Positions 8,697 through 15,971 of a DNA stretch of 17,389 nucleotides are shown piece by piece. Origin of the DNA: Promethearchaeia archaeon (GTDB lineage Archaea > Asgardarchaeota > Lokiarchaeia > Sigyniarchaeales > SOKP01). The notes under the pieces are model-generated. The model saw nothing but the letters and a program-made list of their open reading frames with translations, was not told where the DNA came from and did not search any database. The first letter of the stretch is position 1; each line of letters opens with the position of its first letter. Both the position numbers and the translations under genes were made by a program. The stretch lies in NCBI GenBank assembly GCA_029856155.1, contig JAHQWL010000086.1, forward strand, positions 1 to 17,389. The letters are read 5' to 3'.

Positions 8697-9368
8697 TTAT
8701 GGTAATGGTTTTTCTTTTTCAATATCTTCTGGTTTACGCCCTTTTTCTAGCTGTTCAAACCACCATTTATCCGTAGATATCATTTCTTTTGCTTTTTCTA
8801 GAACGGTTTCAATATTTTCAGATTTTACAATTACAACTCCGTTAATATCTCCAAAAATTAAGTCTCCTGTTTTAATTTTTCTTTCGCCACATTGAATTGG
8901 TTTCATCACAGATTCCAAATCTATTGCCATTCTACCACGAATTGAAGAACTTATTGTTCCTCTAGCAAAAATAGGAAATTTTAAATCAATTACCTGCGCA
9001 AGATCTCGAATAGGTCCATCAACTAAACCCCCTCTAAATCCTAACTTCATAAGAATTCTACTTGTACTCTGACCTAACCCCGCGGCTATCATTAGATTTG
9101 ACATATCAACACACATTATTGGAAATTTTGGAGTTTTTCTCAAAAATTTTACCAGACGAGCAATGATATTTCTATCAAGTGGCTCATCGGAAGGAGTCAT
9201 CTTCATAGTTCCTGCAAAACCTAATAACCTTGCACCAGGCCACATAGGTCTGATCCCCGCATCAATAAAACCCGGTTCAAATCCCAATTCATCTATAGCA
9301 TCTGAGACAGCACAAGTGTACAATCTAGAATACTCATTTAGGATAGATTCCATTTGTTTTTCATCCAT
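8697..9368 (-). CDS. RraA family protein / 4-hydroxy-4-methyl-2-oxoglutarate (HMG) aldolase-like class II pyruvate aldolase
   Basis: TCAVSDAIDELG, IRPM...LLGFAGT, GFRGGLVDGPIRD, KFPIFARG, GDLIFGDINGVVIV. The C-terminal extension is like that of long-form HMG/CHA aldolases. ATG at 9368 is preferred; GTG at 9377 is the alternative. Confidence 0.85.
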   Translation of the reverse strand: MDEKQMESILNEYSRLYTCAVSDAIDELGFEPGFIDAGIRPMWPGARLLGFAGTMKMTPSDEPLDRNIIARLVKFLRKTPKFPIMCVDMSNLMIAAGLGQSTSRILMKLGFRGGLVDGPIRDLAQVIDLKFPIFARGTISSSIRGRMAIDLESVMKPIQCGERKIKTGDLIFGDINGVVIVKSENIETVLEKAKEMISTDKWWFEQLEKGRKPEDIEKEKPLP

Positions 9369-9483
9369 GATTTTCACTGATTAATATTAATCTTATATGA
9401 TATTTGAAAAATTATTTTTTTAATGATATTAATTTGATTATAACACACAAAAAAAAGTATTTACATGAATGTAGGATATAAAC
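9369..9483. promoter_or_regulatory. Divergent promoter region (rraA-like/GH38 leftwards, ilvD rightwards) with 14-bp palindrome
   Basis: 115-bp AT-rich gap between head-to-head genes, containing the perfect palindrome GATTAATATTAATC at 9379-9392. Confidence 0.5.
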
Positions 9484-11154
9484 ATGAATGAGAAAGAGAT
9501 TGATTTAAAGAAAAGAAGTAAAACGATTTTTGAAGGTGTTAAAGATACACCTTTTAGATATGTCACATCTGGAATAATTCAAGGTTTAGGACTTGAGGAA
9601 AAAGAGATATACGAGAAACCTTTTATTGGAGTTGTAAATACATGGAATGAAGTAAATCCTGGGCATAAACATTTAAGAGATCTTGCAGAAGCGGTGAAAT
9701 ATGGTGTGATTGAAGCAGGAGGAATTCCATTTGAGTTTTGTACAGTTGGACCATGTGATGGATGGGCAAATGGGAATGAAGGAATGCGTTATATTCTTCC
9801 ACATAGAGAAACGATTGCAGATTCCATAGAATTAATGGTCCAAGCACATAGATTAGATGCTATGGTAACTATATCTAGCTGTGATAAAATAAATCCAGCA
9901 GTATTAATGGCTGCTGTTCGATTAGATATTCCAACAATTTGTGTTCCAGGAGGCCCTAACTTTTATGAAATTAGATTTAAACCTGATTATAAGGGAATTG
10001 AGCAAAGTAATTATGGAGATTTTATTCATAAATTGGATTGTATATCATGTGCCTCCTATGGTGCATGTGAATTGATGGGAACGGCTAATACAATACAATG
10101 TTTAATGGAAGCATTTGGAATGACGTTACCTAACGCAGCTACAATTCCAGCAATGACAAGAATGAAATATATAACTGCTAAAAATTCTGGAAGACAAATA
10201 ATAGAATTGTTGAAAAAAGGATTAACTGCATCTAAAATCATGACTAAAGAATCCCTAGAGAATGCTATAATGGTGGATGTAGCTATCGGGGGATCCACAA
10301 ATTCAGCACTTCATCTCCCTGCTATCGCACATGAAATGGGGATAGATTTTGATTTGGAAATCTTTAATGAATATAGTAAAAAGATTCCAACAATTGTAAA
10401 TGTTTCTCCATCGGGTGATTATGGAATTGTAGATTTATATAAAGCTGGAGGAATCCCTGCAGTTTTGAAAAGATTGAAAGATTTTATTCATTTGGATTGC
10501 TTAACAGTTTCTGGAAACACAATTGGAAAAGAAATTCGCAAATCTAAAGTATTAGACGATAAAGTAATAACCTCTTTTGACAAACCTGTTTATCCAGAGG
10601 GAGGAACTGTAATACTGAAAGGTAATTTAGCACCTGAGGGCGCAGTTGTGAAACAATCAGCAGTTAAAAATAAAGATATGTTAAAATTTAAAGGAACCGC
10701 TATTTGTTTCAACTTTGAACAAGATGCTATTGACGCTTTAACGTTAAATAAAATAGAAAATGGTTCAGTTATAATCATTCGATATGAAGGACCAAAAGGA
10801 GGACCAGGTATGCCAGAGTTGTTGGCAGTTACAGCAAATCTTATGACACGACGTAAATTGAATAGAGTCGCATTAATTACTGATGGACGATTTTCTGGAG
10901 GTACATCAGGTCCTTGTATTGGGCACGTAAGCCCAGAAGCTTATGTTGGTGGACCTATTGCTGTAGTAAAAGATGGAGATCCAATTAATATCGATATTCC
11001 TAATAGAATTCTTGAAGTGGAACTTTCAGAAGAAGAATTACAGAAACGATTCAAGAGTTGGAAACCACTTGAGAAGGAGATTAGAAGCAAAGCTCTCTTA
11101 AAATATAAAAAACTTGTAACATCTGCTGCAAAAGGAGCTATTCTTGAATTTTAA
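9484..11154 (+). CDS. ilvD: Dihydroxy-acid dehydratase / IlvD-Edd family Fe-S dehydratase
   Basis: KPFIGVVNTWNEVNPGHKHL, CDG, RETIADSIE, SSCDK, GACELMGTANT, GGSTN..LHL.AIA, LKGNLAP.GAVVK, RYEGPKGGPGMPE, ITDGRFSGGTSGPCIGHVSPEA. The family assignment is firm; the substrate is uncertain. Confidence 0.92.
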   Translation: MNEKEIDLKKRSKTIFEGVKDTPFRYVTSGIIQGLGLEEKEIYEKPFIGVVNTWNEVNPGHKHLRDLAEAVKYGVIEAGGIPFEFCTVGPCDGWANGNEGMRYILPHRETIADSIELMVQAHRLDAMVTISSCDKINPAVLMAAVRLDIPTICVPGGPNFYEIRFKPDYKGIEQSNYGDFIHKLDCISCASYGACELMGTANTIQCLMEAFGMTLPNAATIPAMTRMKYITAKNSGRQIIELLKKGLTASKIMTKESLENAIMVDVAIGGSTNSALHLPAIAHEMGIDFDLEIFNEYSKKIPTIVNVSPSGDYGIVDLYKAGGIPAVLKRLKDFIHLDCLTVSGNTIGKEIRKSKVLDDKVITSFDKPVYPEGGTVILKGNLAPEGAVVKQSAVKNKDMLKFKGTAICFNFEQDAIDALTLNKIENGSVIIIRYEGPKGGPGMPELLAVTANLMTRRKLNRVALITDGRFSGGTSGPCIGHVSPEAYVGGPIAVVKDGDPINIDIPNRILEVELSEEELQKRFKSWKPLEKEIRSKALLKYKKLVTSAAKGAILEF

Positions 11155-11163
11155 TTAATAAAG

Positions 11164-11188
11164 AAAATAAAAAAATTAATTTTATTTT
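11164..11188. terminator. Possible bidirectional terminator between convergent ilvD and MFS
   Basis: AAAATAAAA-7nt-TTTTATTTT inverted repeat providing T-rich tracts on both strands in the 32-bp convergent gap. The stem is A/T only. Confidence 0.3.
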
Positions 11189-12596
11189 ACATTCCAATCT
11201 TAGATTTCTTTTCTGTATGTATCTCAGTTAGTTTTTCTTTTATGTTTTTTAAATATTCACCACGAAGAGGATATTTAGACATTGCTAAAATAATGATTGA
11301 TAAAGCGATTGCTGGAAAAACAAAACCTAATAATCTCAAACCTAAAATAGTTCCCTGCGAAATTGTTGTTGGTTCATAAATCCTCCATCCTATATTAGTG
11401 AATACAAGACTAATTGCAAGAAATACGAAAATATATCCAACTCTTAAAAAGAATATATAAATACCAAAGTAACTTGCATCTCGCTTCGTGCCCGTGTTAA
11501 CCTCATCTTCATCGATTATGTCAGAAACAATAAGATCCTTTGAATATAAGGATCCCGCTAAACCTATTCCAACTAAAAAGAAGACTATTAATCCAGACCA
11601 TCTATCCGAAATAAACATCATAGGTGCTAAAGTTGCTATCCATACTGCTGAGGAAATCATCCACATCTTCCTTATTCCTATTTTAGCTGCCAAGGGTTTC
11701 CATAAAAAAGTAATAAATATTGCTGCAGATAAAAAGGTCAAACCTAATAATATAGATATAAACCATGAATCACCTTCACCAATACCTAGAACATATTTTC
11801 CATAAAGTGGTAAAATTGTTGGAAGTATTGTATCCACAAAAAAATCTCCTATAAAAGCCGGAATTGCCCATCGAAAAGATTTATTTTTCATACAAATTTT
11901 AAACGAGGCAAAGAAACCTGGAACATTTTTATGATCTTGTTGGAATTCTTCTCTTTCGCGCGGAGAGAATTTTAAAAATAATAACCCAACAATTACGATA
12001 ATCCCAGTTAATACAATTCCAAAAATCGCATATTTATTTAGATAAGATGGATCTGAATAATCTTTAATAAAAAAACTGGGCAAAATAAAAGCAAAGATTA
12101 GCCCAAAAATCGCAAAAACTTGACGAATATTATTTGCTTTAATGCGAGATTCTTCTGTTATAAATATTTCTGGCAGCATAGATGTAAGATTAATGTCATA
12201 CGTAGTATAGCACAGCTCAAAAATTAAAATTATAATGATGAAATAAATGAAATTACTTGTTTTGTTAGTTATTCCGTATGAGAGTGGTGGAAAGAATAAA
12301 AAGAACATTACAAGACTAAGTGGAACTAATGCAATCATAATGTAGGGTCTTCTTCGCCCCCATCTAGTATGCGTTCTATCACTAATGTATCCTAATATAG
12401 GATCATTGAAAGCATTCCATATAGACCATATTAAAAATCCAACAGATATTAATACTACATCGAGCCCCACAACGGCATAATAAAATGTAAATATTAAAAA
12501 TGTAAATGCTTGGTAAGCCGTAATCAAGGAAATTTGACCAAAACTATAAAAAGCAGCATCTCTATTTGAATATTCTTTTGATCGGTTCTCTTCCAT
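11187..12596 (-). CDS. MFS transporter, glycoside-pentoside-hexuronide (GPH; MelB/UidB-like) family
   Basis: About 12 hydrophobic segments; WNAFNDPILGYISDRTHTRWGRRRPY (GPH TM2/loop signature) and SDIIDEDEVNTGTKRDASYFG. ATG 12596 is preferred over GTG 12605. Confidence 0.9.
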   Translation of the reverse strand: MEENRSKEYSNRDAAFYSFGQISLITAYQAFTFLIFTFYYAVVGLDVVLISVGFLIWSIWNAFNDPILGYISDRTHTRWGRRRPYIMIALVPLSLVMFFLFFPPLSYGITNKTSNFIYFIIIILIFELCYTTYDINLTSMLPEIFITEESRIKANNIRQVFAIFGLIFAFILPSFFIKDYSDPSYLNKYAIFGIVLTGIIVIVGLLFLKFSPREREEFQQDHKNVPGFFASFKICMKNKSFRWAIPAFIGDFFVDTILPTILPLYGKYVLGIGEGDSWFISILLGLTFLSAAIFITFLWKPLAAKIGIRKMWMISSAVWIATLAPMMFISDRWSGLIVFFLVGIGLAGSLYSKDLIVSDIIDEDEVNTGTKRDASYFGIYIFFLRVGYIFVFLAISLVFTNIGWRIYEPTTISQGTILGLRLLGFVFPAIALSIIILAMSKYPLRGEYLKNIKEKLTEIHTEKKSKIGM

Positions 12597-12617
12597 TTTA
12601 AACACGTTTAAGTTAAA

Positions 12618-12629
12618 TTTTTATAAAAA
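12618..12629 (-). promoter_or_regulatory. Putative archaeal TATA box for the GPH transporter
   Basis: TTTTTATAAAAA; the TTTATAAA core lies 24-31 nt upstream of ATG 12596, typical spacing for a leaderless or short-leader archaeal transcript. Confidence 0.35.
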
Positions 12630-12670
12630 CTTTAGATTAAACTCATATAAATAACTATCTAATAAAGGGA

Positions 12671-13906
12671 TTATTTTTTTGGTAATTGTATACTACATGG
12701 AAAAATACCAACTTTAGGTGTTTTCCCATAAACATCTTCTAATGTTGTTATCATTTCATTGAAATTTTTCCTAAATATTGTTTTAGGCGGGTAAAAATGC
12801 AAGACATCAGCTTTATTAATATTAGGTGAATAGATTCCAAAATTTTTATTCTTAATGAATCCTTTAAACCAAAGAAAATCCCCCCAATTTTTGTATAATT
12901 TGGCACCTGTTTCTGCTTGCAAGGAATGAAAACCTCTTCCCTCACTCGCGGCTGTTAAAAAAACTACTGCACCCTTCCGTTTTATCAATCCTTTAGTACT
13001 AAAAATGAAATTAAATCCTTTAATTGCTTGAGATAATTCAGTATCTTCAGGATACAAATTAAAAAAACCTATATCTAAATTTATATCAGATGATAAATCA
13101 GTAGAATATACTAATTTTCCGGATTCCATAGCTTTTCTATGGGCTTTAATAAAATCTCCGGCAAACACTCCTGCTATCCCTCTTTTCATTGTTGATACAA
13201 TATTTATGGAAAAATCTAATCCTACTTTCTTACAGACATCTTCAATATCTTTTCTTAATTCAGATACAATACCAACTCCAATTCCTATACCTCTAACACC
13301 TGCTTTGTGGTTCTCCTCAAGAGTCTGAATCCCACATATACCAGGTAATATAATTTTAGCTCCACCTCCAAATCCTGCTAATGGATGGGGTATTACAGTT
13401 CCTATGGCAATCTTCACATCAGCACTATGGTAAGTTTTGTTTAAATAAATGGGAGTTCCAAAATTAGATTTTCCTACAAAAATTAAATTTTCATATGGAT
13501 GATGGTTTTCAATATTGACCCTTTCTACTATACTTAATCCCACTTTTTTAATTGAATCTTGTCTATTTAAAGGCCTGTGAGAACCAAGAGCATAAATTAT
13601 AGTGATTTTCTCATCATCTATCCCAGCATCGTTTAATTGATCTAAAACTATATTTAATATTTCCTCTAAATAGGAGGGTCTTGAAATGTCTTCAATAACA
13701 ATAACAGCATTTTGTTTTCCTCGAGCAATTTTTAGGATTGTTGGTGTTCCAATAGGATTATTAATAGCAGTTTCAATTTCTTCTTTCGATATTTCAGGAG
13801 CATCTTTCATTTTAAATAATTTAACATCCCATGTATCCGGAAATTCAAGAGCAAGATTCTGATCCCCATACCAAGCAGCCCAAGGAATTTTAAAGATTTG
13901 AACCAT
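12671..13906 (-). CDS. larA: LarA-family (lactate racemase domain, nickel-pincer nucleotide-dependent) 2-hydroxyacid racemase/epimerase
   Basis: AINNPIG, VIEDISRP (Asp/Arg), ALGSHRP (catalytic His), PHPLAGFGGGAKIILPG (His + NPN-binding Lys), ENH (Ni-His), SQAIK. ATG 13906; TTG 13912 is the alternative. Confidence 0.85.
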   Translation of the reverse strand: MVQIFKIPWAAWYGDQNLALEFPDTWDVKLFKMKDAPEISKEEIETAINNPIGTPTILKIARGKQNAVIVIEDISRPSYLEEILNIVLDQLNDAGIDDEKITIIYALGSHRPLNRQDSIKKVGLSIVERVNIENHHPYENLIFVGKSNFGTPIYLNKTYHSADVKIAIGTVIPHPLAGFGGGAKIILPGICGIQTLEENHKAGVRGIGIGVGIVSELRKDIEDVCKKVGLDFSINIVSTMKRGIAGVFAGDFIKAHRKAMESGKLVYSTDLSSDINLDIGFFNLYPEDTELSQAIKGFNFIFSTKGLIKRKGAVVFLTAASEGRGFHSLQAETGAKLYKNWGDFLWFKGFIKNKNFGIYSPNINKADVLHFYPPKTIFRKNFNEMITTLEDVYGKTPKVGIFPCSIQLPKK

Positions 13907-13920
13907 TTTCAACCCTTAAA

Positions 13921-15783
13921 TTAATAATTATTAATATTTAGTTCTTTTAATTTATTAATTGTTGGGATACCATTTTCGTCCCATCCTCTAAATTTATAAT
14001 ATTCTTCTAACATATTATCAATTGTAAGTACTTTGTTCTTAGTTATACCCCTTTCTAATGCAAACCTCAATCGTGGAGGTATTGTATCATCTTTTCTCGT
14101 GATTCCACACTTAGTATTAAAAAATCTTTTTAAATTAAATATCCTCTCTCCAATTTTTAATAATTCCTTTAATGAAAATGTTATGCTAGTTAAATAATAA
14201 ATAGACTTTAGAATTTTGTCAAATAAATCCTCTACAATCTGAGTCCCGGAAGTCATTGTTTGTTTACAAATCCCTAAAGAATTAACCACTTCAGATAAAT
14301 TTTGAGTAATAGCAATATCCCTCGCAAATTGAGGATCATCACTAGTACGATCCCGGATGCGTTTCTCTTTTGTTATTTTTAAAATATCATTAAAACCAGT
14401 AAAACCAGAATATTGGTCATTTGCATAGCCCCTACCATGGCATGCCCCACGATTGGATGTAGCATATTGTAAGCCAAGGGGAAAGATTGCACGAGGGTCA
14501 TGCATTGGAGCTTCTAAACCCTTAATATCTGATAGTAATTCTTCAGATCCTTTCCCTATTATTTCAGAAGCTTTTCTAGATCCATTACCTAAAATCTCCC
14601 CTATTCCTTCCTTCTTACAAATTAATTCTGTAAGCTTAATAATCGCATCGGCATCCCCCCATTCCAAAGGAAATCCAACATCTTCTTGAGTTATAATTCC
14701 CTTCTCATAACAATCTAAAGCAAATGCAACCGTACATCCAGTTGAGATAGTATCTACCCCATATCTATTACATAGATCATTTAAATAAGCAATAGCTTCA
14801 ACATCAGAAAGTAAACACATAGCACCAAATGCTGCTGTAGTTTCATATTCGGCACCCGCTGCATTTTCAATCTTGTATGGCCCTTCAGTTATCTCTATTT
14901 CTCTACCGCAACTAAATGGACACATAAAACAAGGTTTATTCCTTACATGTAATTTTTCAAGCACAATTGCCCCTGAAATGTCATTTACTCCTCTCCATTT
15001 ATGCAAGGTCCAATTTTTATGAGGTACATCAGACAATCTTTCAAAATAATCGATGTTATTAGTCCCTAGATTTCGCAATATTTCTGCCATTGGTGATTCT
15101 TTAAAAGCTTTAAATATTATCCTCGAGATTTCATTGAATTTTTTATCATCGAAATACTCAATTTTTTTAGTACTCTTTACAGCAATCGCTTTTAGGTTTT
15201 TTGATCCCATTACTGCTCCCATACCAGTTCTTCCTACTGCTCTATGATGATCATTAATTATTGATGCTAAATTTACTAACTTTTCTCCAGAAGGGCCAAT
15301 ACAAGCTACTTTAAATTGCTTCCCTAATTTATTTTGTAATTCTTGGATAGTTTTATCTGTTGTTAATCCCCATAATTCGGACGCATCTTTTAATTCAAAA
15401 TGATCATCCTCTATTATAAGGTAAACTGGAGAATCAGATTTATTTTTAAAAATCATACCATTTAGAGTTTTTCTTAATTCTGCTGCAAAAAATCCTCCAG
15501 ATAATCCCTCTCCATAAATATTTGTTAATGGGGACCTTGCTGAAACTGAATAAAACCCAGAACAAGGATAGGATGTACCCGTTAAAAGACCATTCATGAA
15601 AATTAATGGGTTTTTTTCAGTAAGAGGATCATTTTCGTATGATTTCCATTGCATTAAATAATCAATTCCAAAACCTGGACCACCTAAGAACTTTTTAATA
15701 AAATCTTTATCATAAAAATTCTCGGTAAATGATTTTTTTTTAAGATCTATTTCCAAAATCTTTCCATATTTTTCTTTTGTCGT
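13921..15783 (-). CDS. aor: Tungsten-dependent aldehyde:ferredoxin oxidoreductase (AOR/WOR family)
   Basis: YGKILEIDL, FLGGPGFG, SARSPLT, SGGFFAAELR, CIGPSGE, GRTGMGAVMGSKNLKAI, CFMCPFSC, EYET, GVDTIS, KGLE, RGACH, SLGIC, EYYKFRGWDENGIPT. The start is uncertain: the ORF track uses TTG 15756, but homology extends upstream to an ACG at 15783. Confidence 0.92.
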   Translation of the reverse strand, partial: TTKEKYGKILEIDLKKKSFTENFYDKDFIKKFLGGPGFGIDYLMQWKSYENDPLTEKNPLIFMNGLLTGTSYPCSGFYSVSARSPLTNIYGEGLSGGFFAAELRKTLNGMIFKNKSDSPVYLIIEDDHFELKDASELWGLTTDKTIQELQNKLGKQFKVACIGPSGEKLVNLASIINDHHRAVGRTGMGAVMGSKNLKAIAVKSTKKIEYFDDKKFNEISRIIFKAFKESPMAEILRNLGTNNIDYFERLSDVPHKNWTLHKWRGVNDISGAIVLEKLHVRNKPCFMCPFSCGREIEITEGPYKIENAAGAEYETTAAFGAMCLLSDVEAIAYLNDLCNRYGVDTISTGCTVAFALDCYEKGIITQEDVGFPLEWGDADAIIKLTELICKKEGIGEILGNGSRKASEIIGKGSEELLSDIKGLEAPMHDPRAIFPLGLQYATSNRGACHGRGYANDQYSGFTGFNDILKITKEKRIRDRTSDDPQFARDIAITQNLSEVVNSLGICKQTMTSGTQIVEDLFDKILKSIYYLTSITFSLKELLKIGERIFNLKRFFNTKCGITRKDDTIPPRLRFALERGITKNKVLTIDNMLEEYYKFRGWDENGIPTINKLKELNINNY

Positions 15784-15790
15784 CTGAAGG

Positions 15791-15796
15791 TCACCT
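15791..15796 (-). promoter_or_regulatory. Shine-Dalgarno-like AGGTGA upstream of aor
   Basis: The minus strand reads AGGTGA-ccttcag-ACG. GGTGA is the archaeal-type SD, here 7 nt before an in-frame ACG. Confidence 0.5.
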
Positions 15797-15971
15797 ATTA
15801 GATTCTTTTTTTAAAATATTCAGTCATATTTATTTCTTTGTCTAACAAAATTGTGATTTTATCGGAGAGATTAAATTCAAAAACTAATTTAATTAAAAGC
15901 AATTTCATAGAGTATAAAATTCTTTACATTCGAGATAAATAAAATCTAAAATACTGGCGCAAGATTTAATT

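Noticed and set aside
8697-9368. RNase E regulator (RraA) or MenG methyltransferase function
   Set aside because: The metabolic context and retained RD motif favour aldolase-like chemistry, and there is no SAM-binding motif.
1152-15247. Short ORFs in the track overlapping the main genes (1152-1340, 1703-1996, 2382-2627, 3011-3229, 3890-4267, 5200-5409, 7697-7936, 9163-9384, 9623-9847, 10056-10298, 10590-10778, 11488-11805, 12751-12945, 14453-14689, 15053-15247)
   Set aside because: Antisense or alternative-frame shadows of well-supported CDSs, with no recognisable motifs.
15803-15818. Programmed -1 ribosomal frameshift from the uORF into aor
   Set aside because: A_AAA_AAG is in the AOR frame rather than the uORF frame. 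The uORF codons TTT AAA AAA AGA do not form a valid X_XXY_YYZ site, so only indel or transcriptional slippage remains plausible.
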